Below are positions 27,494 through 36,884 of a stretch of 51,034 nt of DNA, piece after piece. The stretch's first letter is position 1; each line of letters opens with the position of its first letter. Under the pieces are notes generated by a model, which worked only from the letters and a program-made list of their open reading frames with translations, was not told the DNA's origin and did not search any database. The translations under genes were made by a program, and so were the position numbers. This stretch comes from Candidatus Methylomirabilales bacterium (GTDB lineage Bacteria; Methylomirabilota; Methylomirabilia; Methylomirabilales; 2-02-FULL-66-22): positions 1 through 51,034 of the forward strand of contig JBHGAX010000020.1 of assembly GCA_041946635.1 (NCBI GenBank). The letters run 5' to 3'.

Positions 27494-28408
27494 TCAGACG
27501 ATCGTGCGCTCGCCCTTGTAGCGGTCCTCGAGCACCTCGCTCGGCAGGTAGCGCTCCTCCATGCGGCGGAAGCGGTCGAGGTGCACGATCCGCGGGAAGT
27601 CCTGGAAGGTGAAGAGCCGGTCGAGGTACGCGTCCGACACCCCGTCCCGCCGGACCTGCTGGAGCACGTCGTACATGCCCCGGGCCGCGGCGGAGAGGGC
27701 GGTGAGCGCGGGGACGACGTACTTGAACCCGAGCTGCTCGGCCTCCCGGTAGCTGACCAGCGGCGTCCGGCCGCCCTCGATGAGGTTGAGCATCAAGGGT
27801 GCCTTGATCTCGCGGCCCACCCGCTCCATCTGCTCCCGCGTCTCCAGGGCTTCCACGAAGACCATGTCCACGCCGAGGTCCACGGCCGCCTTGGCGCGCT
27901 CCAGGGCGTCCTCGAAGCCGTGCACGGCGATGGCGTCCGTGCGGCACATGATCACGAAATCGGGATCCAGCTCGTCGCGCGCCTCCATGGCGGCGCGGAG
28001 CTTCCCCAGCATCTCCGCCTTCGACACCACCTGCTTGCCGCGCATGTGGCCGCAGCGCTTGGGCAGGACCTGGTCCTCGATGAAGAGCCCGGCGGCGCCC
28101 GCCCGGATGTACTCCTGCACCGTGCGGAACGCGTTCACCGCGTTCCCGAAGCCCGTGTCCGCGTCGCCGAGCACCGGGATCTCGACCGCCTGCGCCACCG
28201 AGCCCACCTGCCGCACCATCTCGGTCATGTCCAGGAGCCCGATGTCCGGGCGCCCCAGCGTCGCGGCGGCCGTCCCGTATCCCGAGTGGGACACCGCCTC
28301 GAAGCCCACCATCTCGCAGATCCGGGCCGAGAGCGCATCGTACACGCCGGGGGCAACGACGATCCCCGGTCGCGCCAGGAGCGCCCGCAGCGCCTGTCCC
28401 TTCTTCAT
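27494..28408 (-). CDS. Isocitrate lyase / PEP mutase superfamily enzyme (PrpB / oxaloacetate decarboxylase / carboxy-PEP mutase-like)
   Basis: 304 aa; GDADTGFGN, IEDQVLPKRCGHMRGK, MCRTDA. Exact reaction cannot be assigned. Confidence 0.85.
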   Translation of the reverse strand: MKKGQALRALLARPGIVVAPGVYDALSARICEMVGFEAVSHSGYGTAAATLGRPDIGLLDMTEMVRQVGSVAQAVEIPVLGDADTGFGNAVNAFRTVQEYIRAGAAGLFIEDQVLPKRCGHMRGKQVVSKAEMLGKLRAAMEARDELDPDFVIMCRTDAIAVHGFEDALERAKAAVDLGVDMVFVEALETREQMERVGREIKAPLMLNLIEGGRTPLVSYREAEQLGFKYVVPALTALSAAARGMYDVLQQVRRDGVSDAYLDRLFTFQDFPRIVHLDRFRRMEERYLPSEVLEDRYKGERTIV

Positions 28409-28472
28409 GGCCGGGTCCCTTCCTGCGGGGCGGACGGCTCGGCGCCCGCCCCGGCGACGTGGTGCTCGCCCC

Positions 28473-29753
28473 TCACTTCATCATGGCCGGCAGCCAGGTG
28501 GAGAGGGGCGGGAAGAGCATGGTGAACAGCAGGAACATGGCCATGAGGATGATGAAGGGCGTCACCCCCCGGATCACCTCGGACATGTGGATGTCCTTGC
28601 TCAGGCCGTTGATCACGTACAGGTTCATGCCCACGGGCGGGGTGACCAGCGCCATCTCCATGTTCACGGTCAGCACGATGGCGTACCAGATGGGGTCGAT
28701 GCCCAGCGACTGCAGGATGGGCGCCACCAGCGGCATGGTCAGCATGATGATGGACACGGTCTCCAGCAGGCAGCCCAGCACCACCATCAGGACGTTCATG
28801 GCCACCACGAACATGAACGGGGAAAAGTGCCAGGCGATGATCAGCTCGGTGAGCTTCTGCGGGATCTCGAGCAGGGTCATCACCCGGCCGAACAGCAGGG
28901 CCCCGGCGATGATCAGCGCGATCATGCACGAGGTCGCCACGGCGTTCAGGCAGACGGCCGGGAGGTCGCCGAGCCGCAGCGTCCGGTAGACGAAGAGCGT
29001 GATGAACAGGCTGTAGACCAGCCCCACGGCCGCCGCCTCGGTCGGCGTGAACGCGCCCGTGTAGATGCCGCCCAGGATCAGGAAGGGCAGCGCGATCCCC
29101 CAGAGGTTCCGGCGCGTCACGCGGAGCCGCTCGGACCAGGAGGCCGGCTCCAGCGCCTGGTACCCGCCCCGCTTGCTCCGGTAGACCGCGTAGAGGATCA
29201 GGATGGCCGTGAGCACGAGGCCCGGGATGATCCCGGCGATGAACAGCTTCCCGACCGACTCCTCCGTGATGGCGCCGTAGATGATGAGGGGAATGCTGGG
29301 CGGGATGAGGATGCCCAGCGTCCCGCCGCAGCCCAGCAGGCCCAGGACGAACTGCTTCTGGTACCCCCGGCCGATCATGGCCGGGTAGGCCACCATGCCG
29401 ATGGTCGCCGCGGTGGCCGCCCCGGAGCCGCTGATGGCCGCGAAGAAGGCGCAGGCCAGGATCGTGGCGATGGCCAGGCCGCCGGGCAGGTGCCGCACCC
29501 AGACGTTCATGACCTCGAACAGGTCGTCGCCCACCCGGCCGTCCAGCAGCACCCGGCTCATCAGCACGAAGAGCGGGATGGCGATGATCACGAAGCTGTC
29601 GAGCGACGTGAAGATGGTGGCGGCGATGATCTTCAGCGGCAGCTCGTACAGGTAGATCAGGCCCACGGAGGTCGCCCCCAGCGAGAAGGCGACCGGCAGC
29701 CCCGCGAACAGGACGCCGAGCAGCAGGAGCGTCACGAAGCCGAAGCTGATCAT
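28473..29753 (-). CDS. dctM: TRAP transporter large permease
   Basis: 426 aa polytopic, typical DctM N-terminus. ATGA overlap with dctQ (29750-29753). Confidence 0.92.
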   Translation of the reverse strand: MISFGFVTLLLLGVLFAGLPVAFSLGATSVGLIYLYELPLKIIAATIFTSLDSFVIIAIPLFVLMSRVLLDGRVGDDLFEVMNVWVRHLPGGLAIATILACAFFAAISGSGAATAATIGMVAYPAMIGRGYQKQFVLGLLGCGGTLGILIPPSIPLIIYGAITEESVGKLFIAGIIPGLVLTAILILYAVYRSKRGGYQALEPASWSERLRVTRRNLWGIALPFLILGGIYTGAFTPTEAAAVGLVYSLFITLFVYRTLRLGDLPAVCLNAVATSCMIALIIAGALLFGRVMTLLEIPQKLTELIIAWHFSPFMFVVAMNVLMVVLGCLLETVSIIMLTMPLVAPILQSLGIDPIWYAIVLTVNMEMALVTPPVGMNLYVINGLSKDIHMSEVIRGVTPFIILMAMFLLFTMLFPPLSTWLPAMMK

Positions 29754-30265
29754 GCCTGCTCCTGGGGCTTCCTGCCGGCCTGCAGCTCGGCGGCCCGGTC
29801 CACGAGGTGGAAGGCGAACTGGAACGTGAGCAGCACGAAGCCCATGAGGAGCGCCGACTGCGGGATCCAGAGCGGCACGCGGAGCGGCGTGGCCGACACC
29901 TTCCCGAACCGCAGCGTGGCCGCGATCATGTCGTAGGCCTGCACCGAGACGATGGCGCAGAACACCATGCCCACGGCGCTGGTCACGAGTTCCAGGGCGG
30001 CCTTCGGCCGGGCCGGCAGGCGGTCGACGATCAGGTCCACGTGCACGTGCTTGCGCATCTGCAGCGTGTACGAGCCGGCGGCCAGCATGGTCCACATGTA
30101 GAGGTAGGTGGAGGTCTCCTGCACCCAGATGGTGGGCGCATTGAAGAGGTAGCGGCTCAGCACCTCGTAGCTCAGGATGAGCCCCATGACCAGCACGCCC
30201 AGGCCGCTCACCATTCCCAGGGCGTAGTTGCAGCGCTCGACGACCCCGCGCAGCCGACTCAGCAT
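29750..30265 (-). CDS. dctQ: TRAP transporter small permease
   Basis: 171 aa, 4 TM, position between dctP and dctM. Confidence 0.88.
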   Translation of the reverse strand: MLSRLRGVVERCNYALGMVSGLGVLVMGLILSYEVLSRYLFNAPTIWVQETSTYLYMWTMLAAGSYTLQMRKHVHVDLIVDRLPARPKAALELVTSAVGMVFCAIVSVQAYDMIAATLRFGKVSATPLRVPLWIPQSALLMGFVLLTFQFAFHLVDRAAELQAGRKPQEQA

Positions 30266-30286
30266 GGCCTCGATTCCCCTCGCCGG

Positions 30287-31297
30287 CTACTTGACGCTGA
30301 GCGCCAGCTCGATGAGCTTCTTGGCCAGCTCGCCGGTCTTCTGCGCGAAGGCCTGGCGGACCGGCTCCGTGGCCTTGATGAACTGGGCGCGGGCCTCGGG
30401 GGTGGGCTGGTGGATCTGCACGCCGGCCTTCAGGATCACCTTCTTGGCCTCGTCCTCGGACTGGGCGATGGCGCCGCGGATCCACTCCTCGGCGTCCTTG
30501 CCGGCCTTGAGGACCGCCTCCCGCTGGTCCTGCGGCAGCTTCTGCCACCACTTCAGGTTGGCCTGCACCACGAACTGCGCGGTGGTGTAGTTCGCCTCGG
30601 TCATGAACTTCTGCACCTCCTGCAGCTTGCGCGAGACCGCCGCCGGCATGCCGGTGGTCGCGCCGTCCACCGTGCCGCGCTGCAGGGCCATGTACATCTC
30701 GGATGAGCTCATCACCGTCGGCGCCGCCCCCAGGGCCTTCAGCGTGTCGGAGTCGCCGCTGCTGAAGCTGCGCATCTTCAGCCCCTTGAAATCGTCGGGC
30801 CTGGTGAGGGGCCGCTTGTTGTTGAAGAACTGGATGTACCCGTAATCCACCCAGAAGAGGTTCTTGACCGTGCGCTTTTCGAACTCCCTGTCGAGCAGCT
30901 CGCCGGCACCCGCCTCGATGAACTTCTTGATCGAGGTGAGGTCCTTGTAGATGAAGGGCATCTCGAAGACGTCGGCGGCCGGGATCATGCCCGACCACTT
31001 GTTCACCGGCACCAGCCCGGTCTCGACCAACCCCTCCTGCAGCCCCTCGACGATCTCGGTGTCCTTGAAGAGCTGCGCCGAGTCGAAGATCTTGACCTCG
31101 ACGGCGCCCTTCGAGTACTCCTTCACCTTCCCCGCGAACAGGACCAGCCCCTTGGAGATGTGGTGGGACGGGGGAAGCTGGTTCGAGAGCCGAAACTCGG
31201 TCTTCGCCGCCGCGAAGGCGGTCCCGCCCGCCAATAGCAGCAGCCCCGCGGCCAGCGCGAGCGCCAGGGTTCCGGCCTTCCGAGCAGCGTAGGTCAT
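30287..31297 (-). CDS. dctP: TRAP transporter substrate-binding protein
   Basis: 336 aa; Sec signal ending AFAAAK, DctP-family core. ATG 31297 follows AGGAGG. Confidence 0.9.
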   Translation of the reverse strand: MTYAARKAGTLALALAAGLLLLAGGTAFAAAKTEFRLSNQLPPSHHISKGLVLFAGKVKEYSKGAVEVKIFDSAQLFKDTEIVEGLQEGLVETGLVPVNKWSGMIPAADVFEMPFIYKDLTSIKKFIEAGAGELLDREFEKRTVKNLFWVDYGYIQFFNNKRPLTRPDDFKGLKMRSFSSGDSDTLKALGAAPTVMSSSEMYMALQRGTVDGATTGMPAAVSRKLQEVQKFMTEANYTTAQFVVQANLKWWQKLPQDQREAVLKAGKDAEEWIRGAIAQSEDEAKKVILKAGVQIHQPTPEARAQFIKATEPVRQAFAQKTGELAKKLIELALSVK

Positions 31298-31547
31298 GGT
31301 CCGATCCTCCTTGCGTCTATGCAACGGTTGCCCCTGACTCCCGGGATCCACGCCGGCCGCCGGCCGTGCCCCGCCGCGCGGCGGGCCGCCGGCGCGCCGT
31401 CTGCCCGCCGTACCGGGCGGTTGCGCCGGCCGGGCCCTGCGCGCGAGCCTCCCCTTCCGGAGCCCACCCGGACGATCAGTGGACCTCTTCTTGCGCGCGG
31501 ACCAGGCGGCAGGAAGGTGAGCGGCGGGAACGCGATCCTCGCCGTGG

Positions 31548-31577
31548 CACATACCGCGGAGGCGGAACTCCTGTCAA
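31548..31577 (-). promoter_or_regulatory. Sigma70-like promoter CTTGACAG-N17-GTATGTGCC upstream of dctP (5' UTR about 240 nt)
   Basis: Minus strand reads cTTGACAggagttccgcctccgcggTATGTGcc, nearly the same architecture as 32676-32705. Confidence 0.45.
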
Positions 31578-31624
31578 GCGGAAAGGACCGTCGCGCCGGG
31601 GCACATGGCGTCCGGCGGGCAGCC

Positions 31625-32590
31625 CTACCCCCGGGCCGCCGCCCGGGCCCGGACCTCCGCCAGCCAGGCCGGCGCGGGGTGCAGGTCCCCGATGCGGCCC
31701 GCCCGCGCGACCTGGCCGGGGACCTCGTGGCCCAGCAGCGCGGGAAGCGTGCGGGCGCAGGCGATGAGGGCCGGGAGGTCGATCCCGGTCTCGTACCCCA
31801 TCGCCTCCAGCATGTGGACGAGGTCCTCGGTGCAGACGTTGCCGGTGGCCCCGGGGGCATAGGGGCAGCCGCCCAGACCGCCCAGCGAGGCATCGAACCG
31901 CTCGGCGCCGGCGTCCAGGGCGGCCAGCACGTTGGCGAGGCCCATGCCGCGCGTATTGTGGAGGTGCAGCGTGAGCACGCCGCCGGGGAAGCGGCGACGC
32001 CACTCGCCCACCACGCGGGACATCTGCCGGGGGTGGGCCATGCCCGTCGTGTCGCACACGCTCACGCCGTCCGCCCCGGCCTCGAGCACGCGTTCGGTCC
32101 AGCGCCAGACCGCGTCCTCGGGCACCACGCCCTCCATGGGGCAGCCGAAGCAGGTGGAAAGCGAGACGTTGACGAAGACCCCGCGCCCCTGGACGGCCGC
32201 CGCCGCCTCGCCCAGCGCCCGCAGGGACTGCTCGCGCGTCATCCGCAGGTTGGCCAGGTTGTGCGTCTCGCTGACCGACAGGACGAAGTTGATCTCGTCC
32301 GCGCCCGCCGCCAGCGCGCGCTCCGCCCCCTTCCGGTTGGGGATCAGGGCCGCGTACACCACGCCCGGCGCGCGCGAGATCCCCCGCATGACGGCGTCCG
32401 CGTCGGCCAGCGCGGGAATCGCCTTGGGCGAGGTGAAGGAGGTGACCTCGATCTTCGGCAGTCCCGTCCGGCTCAGCCGGTCCAGGAGCGCGATCTTGGC
32501 GTCCGTGGGGACGAAGACCGGCTCGATCTGAAAGCCGTCCCGCGGGCCGACCTCGAAGACCTGGATGCGCCGCCGGTTGCCGTCCGGCAT
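31625..32590 (-). CDS. HMG-CoA lyase-like (HMGL family, DRE-TIM) enzyme
   Basis: 321 aa; EVGPRDGFQ, LHLHNTRGMGLANVLAAL, GLGGCPYAPGATGN. ATG 32590 follows GAGGAG. Confidence 0.88.
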   Translation of the reverse strand: MPDGNRRRIQVFEVGPRDGFQIEPVFVPTDAKIALLDRLSRTGLPKIEVTSFTSPKAIPALADADAVMRGISRAPGVVYAALIPNRKGAERALAAGADEINFVLSVSETHNLANLRMTREQSLRALGEAAAAVQGRGVFVNVSLSTCFGCPMEGVVPEDAVWRWTERVLEAGADGVSVCDTTGMAHPRQMSRVVGEWRRRFPGGVLTLHLHNTRGMGLANVLAALDAGAERFDASLGGLGGCPYAPGATGNVCTEDLVHMLEAMGYETGIDLPALIACARTLPALLGHEVPGQVARAGRIGDLHPAPAWLAEVRARAAARG

Positions 32591-32675
32591 GACGAGGCTC
32601 CTCGGCGAGGACGAACGCCCTGCAGCACGTACCGCGTCACCCGGAGGCCAGGCACCGGGCGCGGCCGGTGCGGCA

Positions 32676-32705
32676 CACATACCAGAGATTTTCGGCGGCT
32701 GTCAA
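32676..32705 (-). promoter_or_regulatory. Sigma70-like promoter CTTGACAG-N17-GTATGTGTGCC upstream of the HMGL-like gene
   Basis: Minus strand reads cTTGACAgccgccgaaaatctctggTATGTGtgcc. Confidence 0.45.
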
Positions 32706-32787
32706 GGCGCCCCGCGGGCCGGGGAGCCGGACCCCGTTTGAAGCCTCACCGGGAATATGCTACAACACGTGCAGCGGAGGTCCCGGT

Positions 32788-33231
32788 ATGCCGGTGTTGC
32801 GACGCATCGTGCCGATCCTGATTTCCCTGCTCTACGTCCTGAGCCCCCTGGACGTCATGCCCGACCTGCTGCCGGGCATCGGCTGGATGGACGATGTGCT
32901 CGTCATCGGCGCGCTGCTCTGGTACCTGAGGTCGCAGCAGCGGGGGCGCATCCCCTGGGAGGTCTTCGGGCGGATGGGCGGGGCGCGGGCCCCGCGGGAC
33001 CTCCGGCCCGAGGACCTCACGGCGGACTTCAGCCGGCTGGATCCCTACGAGTTGCTGGAGGTGCCGCGCACCGCCAGCGCCGAGGAGATCAAGGCCGCCT
33101 ACAAGCGCGCCGTCGCCCGGTACCATCCGGACAAGGTGGCCCACCTCGGCAAGGAGTTCCAGGAGCTGGCCCACAAGAAGCTCCTCGCCATCCAGCAGGC
33201 CTACGAGACGCTGCACGGCGGCCGGCGCTGA
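32788..33231 (+). CDS. DUF1232 (YkvA-like) membrane domain fused to a DnaJ J-domain
   Basis: 147 aa; LSPLDVMPDLLPGIGWMDDV, then DPYELLEV...YHPDK. GGAGG upstream of ATG 32788. Confidence 0.85.
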   Translation: MPVLRRIVPILISLLYVLSPLDVMPDLLPGIGWMDDVLVIGALLWYLRSQQRGRIPWEVFGRMGGARAPRDLRPEDLTADFSRLDPYELLEVPRTASAEEIKAAYKRAVARYHPDKVAHLGKEFQELAHKKLLAIQQAYETLHGGRR

Positions 33232-33284
33232 CCCGGCCCGGCCGCGCGGCCGCGGCGGCCGGGCGCGCCAATGCTCCTCCGCGG

Positions 33285-33312
33285 TTGCAATGGGGTGCGG
33301 CGCCACTATACT
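33285..33312 (+). promoter_or_regulatory. Sigma70-like promoter TTGCAA-N16-TATACT
   Basis: Read directly, 21 nt upstream of ATG 33333, with GGAGGAG in between. Confidence 0.45.
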
Positions 33313-33332
33313 TACGCCGGTCCGGAGGAGAC

Positions 33333-34433
33333 ATGCCGCACGTCGCGCTGTACATCACCGGCCACGGCTTCGGTCACGCCACGCGGGCGCTGGCCGTGGC
33401 GAAGGCGCTGGCCGAGCGGGCTCCCGGCATCCGGCTGACGCTCCTCGCGGCCGTGCCCGAGTGGCTGCTCCGCCTGAACCTGGCGGCGCCTTTCGAGCTG
33501 CGGCCGGTGTCGCTGGACGTGGGGGTGGTGCAGCTGGATGCCCTCCGGCCCGACATCCGGGCCACCCTGGACGCGTATGCCGCGCTGCAGGAGCGGCTGC
33601 CCGCGCTGGTGGAGGCCGAGGCGGCGCGGCTCCGCGCCGAGCGCGTGGACCTGGTGCTGGCCGACATCCCGCCGGCCGCCTTCCCCATCGCCCGCCGGCT
33701 GGGCGTGCCGGGGGTCGGCCTCAGCAACTTTTCCTGGGACTGGATCTACGCCGACTATGCGGACGGGCTGCCGGAGTACCAGGAGCTGGTCCAGGCCATC
33801 CGCCGGGACTACGCGGCGGCGCAGCTCTTCCTGCGCCTGCCGTTCCACGGGCCCTGCGACGCCTTCCCGGTGGTCCGCGACATCCCCATGATCGCCCGCC
33901 GGTCGCGGCGAAGCCGCGAGGAGATCCGGCGGCAGCTCGGCCTGAACGGCGCCCGTCCGGTCGTCCTGGTCTCCTTCGGCGGCTTCGACGTCCGGGGCAT
34001 CGACTTCGACCGGGTGGAGCGGCTGGACGAGGTGCTGTTCCTGGTCACCCAGCCGCTGCCCCGCCCGCTCCGGAACGTCCAGGTGATCCCCGTCGGCCGC
34101 ATGCCGTACGAGGACCTGGTGGCCCAGGCGGACGCGGTCCTCACCAAGCCCGGATACGGGATCGTCTCCGACTGCCTGGCCAACGGGACGCGCGTCCTGT
34201 ACACGCCCCGCGGCAGGTTCGCGGAGTACCCGCGCCTGCTGGAGGCCCTGGAGCGCTACGGGGTCGCCCACCGGCTGGAGACGCCGGCGCTCCTCGCGGG
34301 CGACTGGGGTCCGGCGCTGGCCGCCCTGCTCGCCAGGCCGGCGGCCGCCGCGCCGCTCCCGGCGGACGGCGCCGGCGTGGCGGCCGACGTGCTGCTCTCG
34401 CTCGTGGAGCGGCGCCAGGGGGGCGCCGCCTGA
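33333..34433 (+). CDS. GT-B fold glycosyltransferase-like protein (ITGHGFGHATR motif)
   Basis: 366 aa. The N-terminal GHGFGHATR motif is one I recall from the GT-like N-domain of plant L-arabinokinase and bacterial GT28-like proteins. Substrate unknown. Confidence 0.75.
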   Translation: MPHVALYITGHGFGHATRALAVAKALAERAPGIRLTLLAAVPEWLLRLNLAAPFELRPVSLDVGVVQLDALRPDIRATLDAYAALQERLPALVEAEAARLRAERVDLVLADIPPAAFPIARRLGVPGVGLSNFSWDWIYADYADGLPEYQELVQAIRRDYAAAQLFLRLPFHGPCDAFPVVRDIPMIARRSRRSREEIRRQLGLNGARPVVLVSFGGFDVRGIDFDRVERLDEVLFLVTQPLPRPLRNVQVIPVGRMPYEDLVAQADAVLTKPGYGIVSDCLANGTRVLYTPRGRFAEYPRLLEALERYGVAHRLETPALLAGDWGPALAALLARPAAAAPLPADGAGVAADVLLSLVERRQGGAA

Positions 34434-34451
34434 CCGGAGAGGAGGGACTGC

Positions 34452-34847
34452 ATGGCGACCACGCCCGTGGAGGTGCTGGTGATCGACGACCAGCCGTTCT
34501 TCACCACCATGCTGCGCAACGTGCTGGAGCAGCACGGGTACCGCGTGCTCACGGCCGGCAACGGCCCGGAGGGGCTCGCGCTGGCCGGCAAGCAGAAGCC
34601 GGCCGCGATCCTGCTGGATATCGAGATGCCGGGGATGGACGGCTTCGCCGTCTGCCAGGCGCTGAAGCAGGACCCGGCCTTGAAGGCCATCCCCGTGATG
34701 ATCCTCACCGCCACGGACGACACCAAGCTGAACGAGAAGGCGTTCAAGGCCGGCGCCGACATCACCGCGCTGAAGAGCGTGTCGGGGGACCGGCTCGTCA
34801 ACATGCTCAAGCTCGCGCTGAGCGGCGGCAAGCCCAGCGAAGACTGA
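34452..34847 (+). CDS. Stand-alone response-regulator receiver (CheY-like)
   Basis: 131 aa; VLVIDDQ, LLDIEMPGMDG, ILTA, KAGA motifs; no output domain. Confidence 0.92.
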   Translation: MATTPVEVLVIDDQPFFTTMLRNVLEQHGYRVLTAGNGPEGLALAGKQKPAAILLDIEMPGMDGFAVCQALKQDPALKAIPVMILTATDDTKLNEKAFKAGADITALKSVSGDRLVNMLKLALSGGKPSED

Positions 34848-34899
34848 TCCCGGCGGCCCGGGCGTGCCGCCGCTTCCCCGCGAGGTCCAGCAACACATC

Positions 34900-36174
34900 A
34901 TGCCGAGCATGCTGAGACAGATCTTCTCCTGGCGCATGCTCGTCGTCTTCCTGACCGGCTTCTCCTCCGGCCTCCCCCTCCTGCTCATCGGCTCCACGCT
35001 CAAGGCCTGGATGACCGACCTCCGCATGGACCTGACCACCATCGGGTTCTTCTCGCTGGTCGGCCTGCCCTACACCCTCAAGTTCCTCTGGTCGCCCGTC
35101 CTCGACCGCTTCAGCGTGCCGGGCTTCGGCCGCCGGCGCGGCTGGACGCTCATCGCCCAGGCGGGCGTGATCGCCTCGCTGGGCGCCCTGGCGCTGCGCG
35201 ACCCCCGGGAAGCCCCCGGCATGGTGGGCGGGCTGGCCCTGCTGATCGCGTTCTTCTCGGCCAGCCAGGATATCGCGCTGGATGCCTACCGGCGGGAGAT
35301 CCTGCGCACCGAGGAGCTGGGGCTCGGCTCCTCGCTCTTCATCAATGGCTACCGCCTGGCCATGCTCTTCGCCGGGGCCTTCTCGCTCTACCTGGCCGAC
35401 CAGCTGCCCTGGCGGACCGTCTACCTCATCATGGCGGCGGCCATGCTGCTGGGGGTCGCCACGGTCCTCCTCGCGCCCGAGCCGGCGCTGGACCGTCCGC
35501 CCCCGGCCTCCATGCGCGAGGCGGTGGTCGCGCCGTTCGTGGAGTTCTTCGCCCGGCGCGGCGCCTGGCTGGTCCTGGCGTTCATCCTGCTCTACAAGCT
35601 GGGCGACGCCATGGCGGCCGAGATGACCATGCCCATGTACCTCCAGCTCGGCTACACCAAGACCCAGGTCGGGGTGGTGGTGAAGGGCATCGGCTTCTGG
35701 GCCACCATCCTGGGCGGCCTGGCCGGCGGGGTCCTCATCCTGCGGCTGGGCATCCATCGCGCCCTCTGGATCTTCGGCGTCCTGCAGGCCCTCTCCACCC
35801 TGGGGTTCGCCGTGCTGGCCATGGTCGGCGTGCGCCTCTCCGTCCTGGGGGCGGTGATCGGCTTCGAGAACGTCTCCTCGGGCATGGGGACCGCGGCCTA
35901 TTCGGCCTACATGGCCAGCCTGACCAACACCCGCTTCACCGCGACGCAGTTCGCCCTGCTATCCAGCCTGATGGGCGTCCCCCGCGTCATCCTGGGCGCG
36001 CCGACCGGCTGGATGGCCAAGCACATGGGCTGGCCCGGCTTCTTCATCTTCTGCACGGCCGTGGCCATCCCGGGGATGCTCCTGCTCTTCAAGGTCGCCC
36101 CCTGGCGCGGCGTCGCAGACGCGGCGGGCGACAAGCTCCGGGGACGGGCCGCCGCCGGAACCCCGCCATGCTGA
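34900..36174 (+). CDS. ampG: AmpG-family muropeptide MFS permease
   Basis: 424 aa; GFSSGLPLLLIGSTLKAWM, LPYTLKFLWSPVLDR. The track ORF begins at GTG 34864. Confidence 0.9.
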   Translation: MPSMLRQIFSWRMLVVFLTGFSSGLPLLLIGSTLKAWMTDLRMDLTTIGFFSLVGLPYTLKFLWSPVLDRFSVPGFGRRRGWTLIAQAGVIASLGALALRDPREAPGMVGGLALLIAFFSASQDIALDAYRREILRTEELGLGSSLFINGYRLAMLFAGAFSLYLADQLPWRTVYLIMAAAMLLGVATVLLAPEPALDRPPPASMREAVVAPFVEFFARRGAWLVLAFILLYKLGDAMAAEMTMPMYLQLGYTKTQVGVVVKGIGFWATILGGLAGGVLILRLGIHRALWIFGVLQALSTLGFAVLAMVGVRLSVLGAVIGFENVSSGMGTAAYSAYMASLTNTRFTATQFALLSSLMGVPRVILGAPTGWMAKHMGWPGFFIFCTAVAIPGMLLLFKVAPWRGVADAAGDKLRGRAAAGTPPC

Positions 36175-36884
36175 GCCGGGTCCTCGGCCTCCTTCCGTGG
36201 CTGCTCGTCGCCCTGGCGGCGTCGGCCGGCGAGCCGCTCCGCCTCGCCGGCCTCGCGGTGGAGGACCGCCCCACCCGGGCCGTGGTGGAGCATCCCACCC
36301 TGGTGCGCGCGCTCGCGCCGGTGCGCTTCGCCAGCACGCTCCAGACGACCGAGTGGCTGCTCGACCACCCGCCGCTGGCCGCCGCCCTCGCCCGGCACCT
36401 GCACCCGCCGCTCGAGCGGTATCACCTGCAGGCGCTCGGCTCCGGCCGCTACGACGTGAACGACCAGGGCGCCCTGCGCGGCACCCTGCGCCTCGTGGCG
36501 GCCGCGCCCGCGCGCCGGGTCTACCTGTGCGAGGGGCGGTTCCGCTCGCTGGCGCACATCCTCACGCTGAACGGGACCATGGTGTTCACGCTGGAGTACC
36601 GGCAGCTCCGCGACGGCAGCCAGCCGCTGATGGAGGTCACGCCTGCGCTCTACCTGCGGCTCGACAACGTACTGGCGCACGGGCTGGTGAAGGTGCTGGG
36701 CCCGCTGCTCCACGGGGTGATCGACCGGCGCGTGGCCAGCCTGACGGCCGCCACGCTGATCGTGGGCGAGCGGATCACGCGGGATGCGGCCGGCCTGTAT
36801 CGCGAGATGGCCGCCTGGCCGGACCTGCAGCCGGGCGACCTGGAGGCCTTCCGCACCGCCTTCCTGGGGGATCACACCTCGTGA
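36168..36884 (+). CDS. Hypothetical secreted protein, no recognisable domain
   Basis: 238 aa; signal peptide MLSRVLGLLPWLLVALAASAG. Overlaps the ampG stop by 7 nt and the nagZ start by 4 nt (GTGA). Confidence 0.7.
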   Translation: MLSRVLGLLPWLLVALAASAGEPLRLAGLAVEDRPTRAVVEHPTLVRALAPVRFASTLQTTEWLLDHPPLAAALARHLHPPLERYHLQALGSGRYDVNDQGALRGTLRLVAAAPARRVYLCEGRFRSLAHILTLNGTMVFTLEYRQLRDGSQPLMEVTPALYLRLDNVLAHGLVKVLGPLLHGVIDRRVASLTAATLIVGERITRDAAGLYREMAAWPDLQPGDLEAFRTAFLGDHTS

